A DNA stretch of 64,000 nucleotides from an uncultured delta proteobacterium (GCA_963815145.1 CAWFFS010000027.1:52737-116736); one strand, 5' to 3'; shown: positions 40,814 to 51,466, numbered from the stretch's first letter. Made by a program: numbers and translations. The notes: generated by a model from the letters alone, not told the origin.

Positions 40814-43193
40814 TTATGCCTTTCCAAGGGCTATGAGAACCTTGTCAGGAGTAGCAGGAGGGTCAACCCAGCGTCCTATTGCATTTTGTATGGCACAGAT
40901 AACAAGATGTGTATTGGCAAGCGAATGGCTTATGCCATTGGCCCCGTATGCAGCATTGCCTGCCCGTGTTTCCAGAACTTTCATATCAACGGGGGGCATG
41001 TCCAGCATGGAAACCTTCTTGTATTCATACATATTTGCATTCAGTTTTACTCCTGTCTTTTTATCATAGAAAAAATCTTCAAGGAGCTGGCATCCGGTAC
41101 TGAAATCCATCACCTGGTGAATCTGACTTTCCAGTGAAGTAGGCCGGATTACTTTGCCCGGGTCTGCAACCACTCCAAACCGGAGTATCTCCACTTCCCC
41201 GGTCTCTGTATCTACCGCTACCTCACACATTGCAATATTCATGGTATCGAGATACCTCCCCATACCGGTAGCCCAAAGGGCTGTAGGAGGCCTTCCCTGA
41301 TAGGTGGCAAACAGGTGGGCATTTCCTACAGCCTTTGCAAGAGGCAATGCTTTTTTGGAGTTCGATTTGACGTATACATTACCATCTGCCATGTCAAGGT
41401 CCTCAGGTTTATAACCTTTAAGCGGGCTTGGTGCAGGCTTTTTTGCCGGACCAAAACCAAATCCGGCAGGGGCCGGAGGATTGTCTGCATTTTCAACAGC
41501 AGCTTCCAGTATCCGCTGTTTAAGGATGTTGGCGCACTCCTTTGTAACCCATGCCGAAGCCGTTGTACCGTCGCTTCCACCGCCCACAGGAGCAAAAGGT
41601 TCATTATAGTCAAAGTCAATCTGGACATCTTCGTAATTAAGACCGAGTTCTTCAGCAATGACCATTGCATTCCCTTCAACCGCAAAGATACCGGTACAGC
41701 AGCCCTGGGTTCCCATGCGTACTTTTCCGTTTCTGAGCTCCAGCTTGGAGTGGTAACCCGAAAAGGAATGCCGGGGACACATCTGGTACCGGAAGCTTGT
41801 ACCGTGCATTCTCCCGTCATCGAGTTTTTTATCGCCTGCAGGATGCCATTTCCAGTTCATCAGCTTTTTCCCCTCTTTTACGCATGCCTCATAGCTGGGC
41901 ACAGGATCGGGGTCAGTATAGTCCGATGGACCATGAAGGTTGAGGGTGGCAATATCAACAGGGTCCTTCCCCAGCTTCTCAGCGATAAGCTGTATTGCCA
42001 TGGTCAAAGAATCCCAGTTAAAGGGACCATGCTGTCCGGCAGTATACATCTTGCCCCTGTTGCTGTTTACCGTTTCCATTTCCTGCCTGACGTTCAGACA
42101 CCTTGTTGTATAATAGGGACCATAACTTTGATCGCCGTTGGTGCCGAGTGTTGAAACAGGAGGGGCACCTGCATCGGCAATAGAAAAATCATCGATCGCC
42201 GTGATCAGGCCGTTCTTTTTAAACCCGACCTTCAGATGGCAGAAACGCTGATTCATATTAAAATCGTACATTTCTTTACGTTCCAGCGCCATCCGGACCG
42301 GTCTTCCGACTCTTTTTGAGAGCATAGGTGTGATCTGCTGCACTTTCCGAAAACCCCAGTCACAATATTTACCTCCCTGAAAATAGCCTTCCTGCCTCAC
42401 CTTTTCGGGATCAAGCCCGTACATGGCACCCACGGCATTTTTTCCCTGGGTTGCAGTCCATACTGCCCCCTCAAGACGCAGGCTCTGCTGTTCAGGATTA
42501 TGTCTCGGATCATCATACCAGTATGCGGCAGACGCAAAAGGATTGGGAACATGGCCGGAGAATGCAGGCATGTTGAGATCATATTCAATGATATGATCCG
42601 CGTTCCTGAAACCGGTTTCGATATCACCCCGGTTCACGTTGAAAAAGTTAACATTGCCTTTTGGAGGGGGATTTGGAGTTCCTCCCATGGAAAAACCACC
42701 CTGACTTTTCCTGTTGGGTCTGATGATCGGCGCGTTTTCCTTTCTGCCTTCGCGTATATCAACAACGTGAGGCATGACCTCCCACTTAGGATTAAGAGCC
42801 TTCAATGCTTCATCACACAGGTCTTCTGTTTCAGCAACAACGATCACAGCTACTTCATCGTCTTCCATATCTGCAATTCGGTCTACATAGGGTTCAGAAG
42901 GGCCCTGCCGGGAATCCGAAACTCATCAGGTCCGGGTCTTCCCATGTGATGACATCTATAACACCCGGAATCTTTTTTGCAGCCACAGTGTCAACACTTA
43001 TGACCTCCGCATTTCCATGGGGACTTCTGAGAAACTTTGCATGAAGCATGTCAGGGAAGACGTAGTCAGATCCGAACTTTGCCATACCTGTTGCTAATGA
43101 ATAAGATAACTTGCCGGGAAGGTTTGGTTTCCCTACAACTTTAAACTCTTTTCTCTGTCCGTTTACTCCTGCCAGATCAGCCATACTATACAC
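40814..43193 (-). CDS. Xanthine dehydrogenase/aldehyde oxidoreductase family molybdopterin-binding subunit, one frameshift near 42900
   Basis: ATGMAKFGSD..MLHAKFLRSPH in one frame continues as EVAVIVVAETE, EVAVDTETGEV, DPGKVI in another. Confidence 0.85.
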
Positions 43194-43280
43194 TCCTTAA
43201 ATAAAATCAAAATACACTAATGCTGTGTCAACGATCCAGTGTCGCTATGTGTCATTTTGACCAGCGGGAGGAATCCCTTC

Positions 43281-43370
43281 GTAGGGTGGGGTTTTATACC
43301 CCACCATGTAGAGACAAGGTATACCTTGTCTCTACAGAAAAACCGGTCGGGAGTAAGTCCCGACCCTACG
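43281..43370. repeat. Cluster of three GTAG-family REPs
   Basis: GTAGGGTGGGG..CCCCACC; GTAGAGACAAGG..CCTTGTCTCTAC; GGTCGGGA..TCCCGACCCTAC. Confidence 0.75.
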
Positions 43371-43410
43371 AAAATACTTATTTAAATGACAATCGACGCA
43401 TGACACGACA

Positions 43411-44559
43411 CTAGCCTGTTTTAGAGAACTCGTAATTTCTACCTGTTTCGAGCATGATCCTGAAATTTTCAGGCTTTACATTAGGCGGTACGCAGCAGCC
43501 CGAGCTCAATATAAATCCTCCATCTCCTCCAACCTCATCGATGAGTTTTTTGCAGTAGGCCTCCACATCTTCCGGCTTACTGACAGACAGCAATATGCCG
43601 GAAACATCCCCGCAAAGTGTCTGGTGACCACCTAAAATCTCTTTAGCAAGGAAAATATCGGTAGCACTGTCCAGCTCAAGTGCTACACTGCCTCTCGGCA
43701 ACTTTTTGAAGTACGGGAGATTCTTGTCCCAGCATGTATCCATATGGATAAACGTCACGATGCCTTCTGACCAGAAGGCATCCACTATTTCCTCAAGATA
43801 CGGCCACCAGAATCGTTCAAATATTGATAAAGGATAGTAGTAGTTCGACGCCCTTTCTTCGCCAAGCTGCCACCTTTTTAAACCGGATTTTTTAGCAGCC
43901 GGAAGTTTCTCTGAAATCAGGTCGGCCGTCATTCTTTTCATTGTTTTTTCCACCATGTCCGGTTTAAAATACAAGTCCTTTGTAAATTCAACGAGCGAAC
44001 GCATCATGGAGAGTGCGAAAAAGGGATGGGACCCCATATCAGATACGAGCGGTTCGATTCCTCTTTCAGAACATTGTCTCCCAACTTTATCTGCAGTGAC
44101 TTTTAAATCATTCATCACCCCGGCCACCTCTTCTCGCTTGATATCGCAGATGCGAAAAAGATAATCTTCGTAATAAAAGTTATTAAACCCCATCTCACAG
44201 ATTTTTTCGTAGTCCTCATACTTGAGCACATCCTCTTCCACTGCCTGGACGATTTCGTCTTCCGGTAAATCAATGCCTGGAACCCGTTGCTTCATCGGGT
44301 TGACTCCAACTACCTGAAAAGCAGCAGCTGATAACCCGCCACCAAAAAAGCTGTCCCACCCGCCATATTTGTCGAATACCTGAAAGGATAAATCTGATGC
44401 CAGCGCCATGTCGTTATAAACATTTGCCAGATTATGATAACCCATGAGATTTGCTGCAGCTGCTTCGGATACAAGAGGCGCTACTGGAACACGGTCAGGT
44501 TTTTCCAGTCTTAATGCCGCTTCTACTCTTTCTTTTGGTGACATAGTTTCTTCTGACAT
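43411..44559 (-). CDS. UroD/MtaA-CmuA-fold methyltransferase-like protein
   Basis: KERVEAALRLEKPDRVPV, FIHMD, TLCGDV, GGFILSSGC..PPNVKPEN. Confidence 0.85.
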   Translation of the reverse strand: MSEETMSPKERVEAALRLEKPDRVPVAPLVSEAAAANLMGYHNLANVYNDMALASDLSFQVFDKYGGWDSFFGGGLSAAAFQVVGVNPMKQRVPGIDLPEDEIVQAVEEDVLKYEDYEKICEMGFNNFYYEDYLFRICDIKREEVAGVMNDLKVTADKVGRQCSERGIEPLVSDMGSHPFFALSMMRSLVEFTKDLYFKPDMVEKTMKRMTADLISEKLPAAKKSGLKRWQLGEERASNYYYPLSIFERFWWPYLEEIVDAFWSEGIVTFIHMDTCWDKNLPYFKKLPRGSVALELDSATDIFLAKEILGGHQTLCGDVSGILLSVSKPEDVEAYCKKLIDEVGGDGGFILSSGCCVPPNVKPENFRIMLETGRNYEFSKTG

Positions 44560-44560
44560 A

Positions 44561-45193
44561 TTAATTCTCCTTTATCACGTTCACGCAATACTCTACCCCT
44601 TCCATCGCGTTTTTAGTCTGGAAGTCAGCGCCAACATACGCTTTCACGTCGTCATCAGTCATAGCTCCTCCGATGATGAGCTTTACACTGTCTCTCCGTC
44701 CTGTTTCGATGAGTAAATCGACGGCCTTTTTCATAGTGTCGAATGTCGTAGTGAGGAGTGCCGAAAATCCAACGATCTCCGGCTCGATTTCTTTTATCTT
44801 ATCGACCACCACGGTCGGTTCCACGTCAACACCAAGGTCATATACCTCGAAACCATATGCAGTAAGCAGGGTGGCGACAATATTCTTTCCCAGGTCATGG
44901 ATATCACCTCTCAACGTGGCCAGGACCACCTTGCCTATTCCTTTTTTAGTGCGTTGTTTGTCCAGGTAAGGTTTAAGAATGCTGGTGACTTCTTTGAAAA
45001 TCTCGGCGGACAACATTAACTCAGCAAGAAAATATTTACCTTCCTGATATTTTTTACCTATAATATCCATAGCCTGGCGACATTCATTGAGAATGTGAAG
45101 GGGGTCGTCTCCTCGATCGATATCATTTTTTAGCTGTTTTATAACTTCCTCCAGATTTAACTCCTCAAACACCACGATCAGTTCTTTTGACAT
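44561..45193 (-). CDS. Corrinoid (B12-binding) methyl-acceptor protein
   Basis: YFLAELM cap domain; DxHxxG motif GDIHDLGK, DLGVDV, SALLT, IIGGA. Confidence 0.93.
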   Translation of the reverse strand: MSKELIVVFEELNLEEVIKQLKNDIDRGDDPLHILNECRQAMDIIGKKYQEGKYFLAELMLSAEIFKEVTSILKPYLDKQRTKKGIGKVVLATLRGDIHDLGKNIVATLLTAYGFEVYDLGVDVEPTVVVDKIKEIEPEIVGFSALLTTTFDTMKKAVDLLIETGRRDSVKLIIGGAMTDDDVKAYVGADFQTKNAMEGVEYCVNVIKEN

Positions 45194-45314
45194 TTCATTA
45201 AATCTCCATTCGAGAATAAAATGATTGTGTGAGATCAATTTCGATAACTTTTCATGATCCCTTAAGGGAGTCCCTCTTCACGATTTACAATTCAGATATC
45301 TCAAAGTGAAATTG

Positions 45315-46403
45315 TTAAGTGTTGTAACCATACATTTCAACAGCTTCTCTTACAGCAAAGATGTTGGACAGAGGCATTCTCCAGTCAGGGGTACAATGAG
45401 GAGCAAGTATAAGTCTGTTGGTAGATCCGAGCTTTTCAATGACCTGTCTGGCTTTCTCAATAACCTGTTCAGGTGTGCCTTTCTGAAAGATATCATTAAC
45501 ATACAGAGTCACACCCATAATCACAATATCGGGGTACTTTTCATTAAATCTGACCCAGTAATCAAGATCAAGGGGATGCCCTCCGTTAATACCTATGACC
45601 GGGACACCTTCTTCTGCAAATTTATCTATGGTTTCCTCCCAATATGGTTCAAACCCGCAATTATGAATAACCAGCGGCAATCCGGTTTCTTTCGCGTACC
45701 TTGCAACAAATTGCCCTTCAAATTTCCATGCGTCTTCAAAGCTTAACATTTGCCGGTTAAAGGCATATTGACAATTGAACATTGATTGGGGCTCGCCGCA
45801 AATTTTTCGGAATGCATTATAAAAATCAATGTGTGATTCATAAATTTTTTCACAGAGTTTCAATAAGAGTTCAGGATTACGTTTTGTATCCAAATAGGCC
45901 TGACTGCCTCGAAGCATCTGAACGTTTGACCAGGTAAGGCTGGGTGCAAAAATGGGAGAACACCCGGTTTTTTCAGTAAGAATTGCCGTAGCTTCCAGGA
46001 TGGTTTTTAATGGTTCCATATTCAAATGGTCCGGTATCTGAAGGTTATCAATATCTTCTTCAGTCTTGCAAAGCAGCCCTTCCTGGATATGCGGTGTACG
46101 GTAATCAAACCATACAAACTTATCAGCCTTTCCATTTGCTTTCGCAAAGCCCAGTGCCTCGATCGGCCCCGCATATGGTGGAACTACAGTGTCCAGATTA
46201 TCAGTTCCCAGAACCTCATATGTAGTAAGGCTTGCTTCAGCCAGTTTTTTGGGACTTGATAACATTTCTTTGACAGTAAGGCCTGTAATTCGTGCACCGG
46301 TTGACTCTCCGGATAGAATGGCGAAAGGAATCCTGTCAGAGGCTTCGCCGGTAAAAACGGCTCTCATTCTTTCGTTGGATGCTGCCCAATCATGTTTCAT
46401 CAT
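45315..46403 (-). CDS. UroD/MtaA-CmuA-fold methyltransferase-like protein
   Basis: ERMRAVF..DRIPF, HxC motif VIHNCG, GTPEQV, LILAPHC. Confidence 0.82.
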   Translation of the reverse strand: MMKHDWAASNERMRAVFTGEASDRIPFAILSGESTGARITGLTVKEMLSSPKKLAEASLTTYEVLGTDNLDTVVPPYAGPIEALGFAKANGKADKFVWFDYRTPHIQEGLLCKTEEDIDNLQIPDHLNMEPLKTILEATAILTEKTGCSPIFAPSLTWSNVQMLRGSQAYLDTKRNPELLLKLCEKIYESHIDFYNAFRKICGEPQSMFNCQYAFNRQMLSFEDAWKFEGQFVARYAKETGLPLVIHNCGFEPYWEETIDKFAEEGVPVIGINGGHPLDLDYWVRFNEKYPDIVIMGVTLYVNDIFQKGTPEQVIEKARQVIEKLGSTNRLILAPHCTPDWRMPLSNIFAVREAVEMYGYNT

Positions 46404-46409
46404 TCCCTC

Positions 46410-47048
46410 CTATTTTTTTAATAAGTTTTTGATGGTTTTGATTCCTGCCCAGGCATCTTTACCGTATGCATCAGCTTTCATGGAATCAGCAACTTCTTGA
46501 GAAACAGCAGCACCTCCTACGATTATTTTAGCTTGAACTCCACGTTCTTTAAGTGTGGTAACTGTATCAAACATGCCTGAAACAGTTCCGGACAACAATG
46601 CTGACAAAGCGACAACGTCAGGATTTATTTCGGAAATCTTTTCTAAAAAAGTCTCAGTAGATACATCAACGCCAATATCATGGACCTCAAATCCGTTTCC
46701 TTCCAGCAAAGCGCCTACTATGTTTTTTCCAATGTCATGAATGTCACCCTGGACAGTGCCTAAGACAACTTTGCCTTCTGACTTGATTCCGCTTGCTTTC
46801 ATATAAGGTTCCAGAATGTGAAAAGCAGATTTCATAATTTCCCCGCTATGCATTAATTCCGGTAAAAAATACTCATGCTTTTCAAAGCCGTCACCAATAA
46901 CCTTGATCCCTTCTATAAGGCCTTTGGATATAATTTCCTGTGCCGGTACTTTTTCAGAAATAGCCAGGTTGGTAAGTCTCTCAGCCTCGTCCTGATCAAG
47001 GTTTACGATAGAATTTTTTAATTGGCTAAAGATTTCTTCAGACACCAT
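46410..47048 (-). CDS. Corrinoid (B12-binding) methyl-acceptor protein
   Basis: YFLPELM; GTVQGDIHDIGKNIV, DIGVDV, SALL, IVGGA. Confidence 0.94.
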   Translation of the reverse strand: MVSEEIFSQLKNSIVNLDQDEAERLTNLAISEKVPAQEIISKGLIEGIKVIGDGFEKHEYFLPELMHSGEIMKSAFHILEPYMKASGIKSEGKVVLGTVQGDIHDIGKNIVGALLEGNGFEVHDIGVDVSTETFLEKISEINPDVVALSALLSGTVSGMFDTVTTLKERGVQAKIIVGGAAVSQEVADSMKADAYGKDAWAGIKTIKNLLKK

Positions 47049-47080
47049 AAATCCCCTCCTTTTTAATTGAATGATTAATA

Positions 47081-49486
47081 TTATATGTTTACTTCACTTC
47101 TTGTAATTATTTCATTCTGAAGGTCCTCATAAAGCTCAACAAAATATGCTGAAAAACCTGCAACCCTTACCACGAGATCTTTATAATCATCAGGGTTTGC
47201 CTGTGCCTGTTTTAATGTGTCAGCATCTACGACGTTGTACTGGAGCTGCATTCCCCCCTGTTTGAAAAAGCTCTTAATAAACTGTTTCATCTTTTCGGTT
47301 CCTGCCGCGCCTTCAACTGATGAAGGGTGGAATTTCATATTAAACTGCAGGCCGTTGCTGAAATTTGAAGGATTCAGCGCCAGTACTGATCTTGCAACAC
47401 CTGTGGGTCCGTTTTTTATTGCTCCGCGGGAAGGAGAAGCCGAGTCTGATATGGGCTGACCGTTATGACGCCCGTCAGGCGTTGCCCATGTCTGGTAACC
47501 ATGGAGGACATGTGCACCGGCAGAATATATTCCGGGCCTGTATTTGCCCCGGGAGTTTTCGTATGTGTAGGTTCGGCTGGTGTAAAGATCAGCCACCCAT
47601 GATGCTATTTCATCAGAATATGGATCACCGTTTCCGTAATGGGGAACCTCATTTACAACCTGCTGCCTGAGCAGTTCATAACCTTTCCAGTCGGCCATTA
47701 CTGCAACATAAAGTTCCTTTGCAGTGCATAACTTTTTATCATAAACCATGTACTTGATGGCGGAAAGGCTGTCCACAACAGAGGCAATACCCAGAATCAC
47801 CGTGCCTGTAGAATTATATTTTGCGCCTCCGTGCATCATGTCCCGGCCGTTTTCCATGCAGCCGTCCATTGTGGCGGAAGCCATTGGAACTGGCAGAAGC
47901 TCAAAGGCAATATCACCGACAATCTTATTTACATTGAAATGCCAGTCCATGAAGTATTCAAGCTGCTTTTTAAATGCATCTTTTACCTGTTCAAAGCTTT
48001 CCATTTCATAGAGATACCCGGTCTCAAGACCTCCCTGTTCACTGTTCTGAGGGTTTACGCCGTTATTAATGGCCTGAAGAAGTACATTGATAATATTCAG
48101 GATTCCCTGGGAACAGGGTGAACTCACGTTAGACCATTCACAGCCCGACCCTGAAAGTTCAACACAGCCTATTACGCAGTAATTTCTCGCATCTTCTATC
48201 GCAAGTCCCCGTTTGTGCAGCATGTCGATGATCAGGTCGGCATTTTCAATGCATGGAATCCCGAATACGATCTTTGATGTTTCAATGCCTGCTTCCAGCA
48301 GTTCTTCCGGCGAGTCATCATGAATACCAAGTGACAGGGTAGGGTCATGCAGTTTGAGCCGCGATGCTGACTGGAGACAGAGGAAGCTTGCCTCATTTGT
48401 GGCATCACTTCCATCGGGTTTTCGTCCCCCTATTGTTATGCGAAGGTTATTGGAATAGGAGCCTGCAACCCGTGAAATCATCAGGGGGCCGCTGAAGAAC
48501 AGGTCTGCGGTTTTAATAAAAAAGCAGTCCATAAGTTCCTGGGCTTCATCCATTGTAAGATTTCCTGAGTCCAGATCTGCCTTAAGGTAATCCCCAACAT
48601 GCTGATCAAGACGGCCGATTGTGATACCAAGATAATTGCCTTCTATCAAGAGGATATACTGATAGAGCAGGCATACCTGGAGCGCATCATGAAAATTGCG
48701 GGCAGGATTTTCCATGATCCAGTCAAGGGACTCAGCCATTTTTAAAAGTTCTTCACGGCGTTTAACTTCATTCAGCTTATCTGCCTGGGCACGGCACTCT
48801 TCTGCATAGCGTTTTGCCAGAAGCACAGCTGAATCACAGCTGATGACTACTGCCCTGTAAAAAGATTCTTTCTGAAAATTATCATCTTCAGGTCCGACTT
48901 TTAATTCTTCCAGATATTTCAGGGCCTCCTGCTTTATGGCGCCAAAGCCTTTTTCTACGGCCTTGCGGTAATTTGCATTATAGTGCCCTGCCGGTACTGA
49001 CCCGTTAAATAATGCATTTATACCTGTACCGGTTGTACCGAGCCTGTGGACCTCTTCCGGCATTTTCCCTTTTAATTTTGCAGCAAGGCAGTTCTCCTGC
49101 CAGTAATCTGCAACGGAATGTACATAAGCCCTGTCTTCTTCATCCATGTGCATGAAGCCGTCCCTGACTTCTTTTTTATCAAACATTCCGCTGTCAAGTT
49201 CATCAACCAGCCAACCGATCCCGCCAAATTCCGGCCATAAACAGCACCCGCGAAATTTTTTTGCCATATTGCCAACAAGGAGTTCATTTGGCTCAACCCT
49301 TACAGTCATATTGGCAAGTATTGCATGAAGCGCTTTTGCCTGCCGTAACAGGGGCTCCTCATCATTGTTTTCTTTTGTGAATTCAGTAAGTATTCTTACT
49401 CTTTCGGCATCCAGTGTGGGTATTGTTTCCCTGTACCGATCACGAAGTCCCTGAACCCGCGGATTGACTGGTTTTAATTTAAACAT
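47081..49486 (-). CDS. Glycyl radical enzyme (PFL2/dehydratase-eliminase-like), substrate unknown
   Basis: Cys loop IGCVE; Gly loop RVAGFSAYF; ATPDGR; 801 aa. Confidence 0.92.
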   Translation of the reverse strand: MFKLKPVNPRVQGLRDRYRETIPTLDAERVRILTEFTKENNDEEPLLRQAKALHAILANMTVRVEPNELLVGNMAKKFRGCCLWPEFGGIGWLVDELDSGMFDKKEVRDGFMHMDEEDRAYVHSVADYWQENCLAAKLKGKMPEEVHRLGTTGTGINALFNGSVPAGHYNANYRKAVEKGFGAIKQEALKYLEELKVGPEDDNFQKESFYRAVVISCDSAVLLAKRYAEECRAQADKLNEVKRREELLKMAESLDWIMENPARNFHDALQVCLLYQYILLIEGNYLGITIGRLDQHVGDYLKADLDSGNLTMDEAQELMDCFFIKTADLFFSGPLMISRVAGSYSNNLRITIGGRKPDGSDATNEASFLCLQSASRLKLHDPTLSLGIHDDSPEELLEAGIETSKIVFGIPCIENADLIIDMLHKRGLAIEDARNYCVIGCVELSGSGCEWSNVSSPCSQGILNIINVLLQAINNGVNPQNSEQGGLETGYLYEMESFEQVKDAFKKQLEYFMDWHFNVNKIVGDIAFELLPVPMASATMDGCMENGRDMMHGGAKYNSTGTVILGIASVVDSLSAIKYMVYDKKLCTAKELYVAVMADWKGYELLRQQVVNEVPHYGNGDPYSDEIASWVADLYTSRTYTYENSRGKYRPGIYSAGAHVLHGYQTWATPDGRHNGQPISDSASPSRGAIKNGPTGVARSVLALNPSNFSNGLQFNMKFHPSSVEGAAGTEKMKQFIKSFFKQGGMQLQYNVVDADTLKQAQANPDDYKDLVVRVAGFSAYFVELYEDLQNEIITRSEVNI

Positions 49487-49511
49487 GGCAACCTCTTTTT
49501 ATTAATAAAAT

Positions 49512-49664
49512 TTACCACGGAGGACACGGAGTTCACGGAGAAAAAGCTTTTATGTTATTATAAACAAATCGTTATTTTGTCTTTCTCTGCGTTCTCTGTG
49601 AGTTCTGTGAGAGATATAGTTAGTATTTGTTTTTCTCCGTGTTTTCCGTGCTCTCCGTGGTTAA
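49512..49664. repeat. CACGGAG-type inverted repeat element
   Basis: ACCACGGAGGACACGGAG..CTCCGTGTTTTCCGTGCTCTCCGTGGT; similar element at about 57035-57112. Confidence 0.7.
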
Positions 49665-49775
49665 CAAAAGTAATTTTTATATTTTGCTGCAGTTATGTTT
49701 GCACTAAGTCGACAACATTGGGTGTAACCCGTCTTCGCTAAAGCTGCGTCGTGACAGGAACCTCACCCCAATTTC

Positions 49776-50639
49776 TCAATCTTTAACAGGATATTCACCC
49801 GCCTGTTTTACAATATCACGACGGAAATCCTCAAAGGCCATTCGGGAGGGAGGCACCTCCTGATCATGGGGTATTGAATCATCTATCACCCTGTAGATCT
49901 CACGCAATTCCTCTGTGAAATCAGCATGAGTGATAATGTACTGAGAATTGTTCCGAATACCTTCCACAACCATTGCCCCCAGTTCAACGGGGTCCATGGC
50001 GCCTTCCTTAAAACTTTTTATCAGTTCCTGTGCGTCAGGATCATCTTTAGCTGCATCTATAAGGCGCGTATTTGTGGCGCCCGGGCATAATAACGAAACA
50101 CCTATTCCATGGGGTGCAATCGTGAGCCTTAATCCTTCGGTAAAACCGCGCACTGCGGCCTTTGCAGTCATGTATGCTCCCCCTCCCAGCGGATTCGGGA
50201 CCAGGCTGGCTATAGAACCTGTATTAACAACATGTCCGCCTTCACCTGAGGCTAATATATGGGGGACTATAATCTTGGTTCCATTTACAACGCTTCCAAG
50301 GTTTACACTCATGGCTTTGTCCCAGGCATCAAAGTCAGGGTCTTCAGCGTTTCCGCCTCCGCCGATACCTGCGTTGTTACACAGGACATTGATTTTACCA
50401 AATACCCTGAGAGCTTCATCAGCAGCTGAACGTACCTGTTCCCGGCTGCTTACATCTACCTGCACTACATGCACAGACGGGTTTCCTTCGTGAATCTGGC
50501 GCACTTCATCACAATGATCCGGGTTATAATCAGCTATTACAGCTTTCATACCCAGTTTTAAAAAGTTTTGGACCATCCCATACCCGATACCGCTTGCCCC
50601 GCCTGTAACAAATGCCACACGATCTTTAAAAATTTTCAT
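49776..50639 (-). CDS. SDR-family oxidoreductase
   Basis: TGGASGIG, NNAG, YxxxK (YMTAK). Confidence 0.93.
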   Translation of the reverse strand: MKIFKDRVAFVTGGASGIGYGMVQNFLKLGMKAVIADYNPDHCDEVRQIHEGNPSVHVVQVDVSSREQVRSAADEALRVFGKINVLCNNAGIGGGGNAEDPDFDAWDKAMSVNLGSVVNGTKIIVPHILASGEGGHVVNTGSIASLVPNPLGGGAYMTAKAAVRGFTEGLRLTIAPHGIGVSLLCPGATNTRLIDAAKDDPDAQELIKSFKEGAMDPVELGAMVVEGIRNNSQYIITHADFTEELREIYRVIDDSIPHDQEVPPSRMAFEDFRRDIVKQAGEYPVKD

Positions 50640-50731
50640 ACTTACCTCCTGAAATCCGGGTTTAACTTAACTGTCATGACAGTTTTATTTCTGCACAAAA
50701 GGGTAACATCCTCGATGTTCAGGCTGAAGTG

Positions 50732-51466
50732 TTACCAGGATTCTAAAATCTCAGCATTTTTCATATCGATATCCAGGCTCATTCGGGTACACTCCAGATT
50801 TTTTTTAACAGGTACCTGATGCCATGGATCGAGCTCGGACAAACCGGAATAGCTGCAATTGCCTTCACCATTCCAGATTTCTTTCGGCTTGAACTCGAGT
50901 TCTCCTTTAACCAGCTCCACCAGGGAATAACGGACCTTCGGATCAGGGCTGATGATCACTCTAAGGTTGATGCCTTTAATGTTGATGCTTTCCGGTACCG
51001 GTTCCACAGGGCTGATCTCGCGAAATACCGCTGTAATGAGTCGCAGACCCTGGGGCCGCTCATAGTATATCCCCACTATATCTTCGTGGCGGACAAAACT
51101 GATCTCCCCCACCTTTTTGGGAAAACCAAAGGTTTCCCGCCCTGCCATCAGGGGAATGCTGTGACTTACACCTGCCTGCGTAAAGAAAACACACTCCTCC
51201 CCTTTATATTCTACATCCACAGCCTGTAGAAGCTCCATATACGGCCCTGCTGTAGTCCAGTCATAAGTCGCGCATATCAATCGCGCAGTTGTCGGATTTG
51301 TCAGCGTCAGCTGTTCGGGAACATACTGTGCGACGATTGTCGGATCTGTCTCATAGGTGAATGTGTAATAGGTTGCTCCCCTCCAGTACGGTGGTTTTTC
51401 CACAAAGGCTGGAGCGGTGACCGGCATGGTCCGTCCGAACATTTCTTTTGTAAGTCTTCCTTTCAT
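50732..51466 (-). CDS. Acetoacetate decarboxylase-family protein
   Basis: YETDP..VPEQL, GPYME, AGRETFGFPKK Schiff-base Lys motif, DPWHQVPV. Confidence 0.88.
   Translation of the reverse strand: MKGRLTKEMFGRTMPVTAPAFVEKPPYWRGATYYTFTYETDPTIVAQYVPEQLTLTNPTTARLICATYDWTTAGPYMELLQAVDVEYKGEECVFFTQAGVSHSIPLMAGRETFGFPKKVGEISFVRHEDIVGIYYERPQGLRLITAVFREISPVEPVPESINIKGINLRVIISPDPKVRYSLVELVKGELEFKPKEIWNGEGNCSYSGLSELDPWHQVPVKKNLECTRMSLDIDMKNAEILESW

Noticed and set aside
42880-42910. TGA in the Mo-hydroxylase as selenocysteine readthrough
   Set aside because: The downstream coding sequence continues in a different frame, so this is an indel rather than an in-frame stop.
43411-47048. Pyrrolysine-type methylamine methyltransferase system
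   Set aside because: The methyltransferases have the UroD fold with no in-frame amber codon, and no pyl genes are present.
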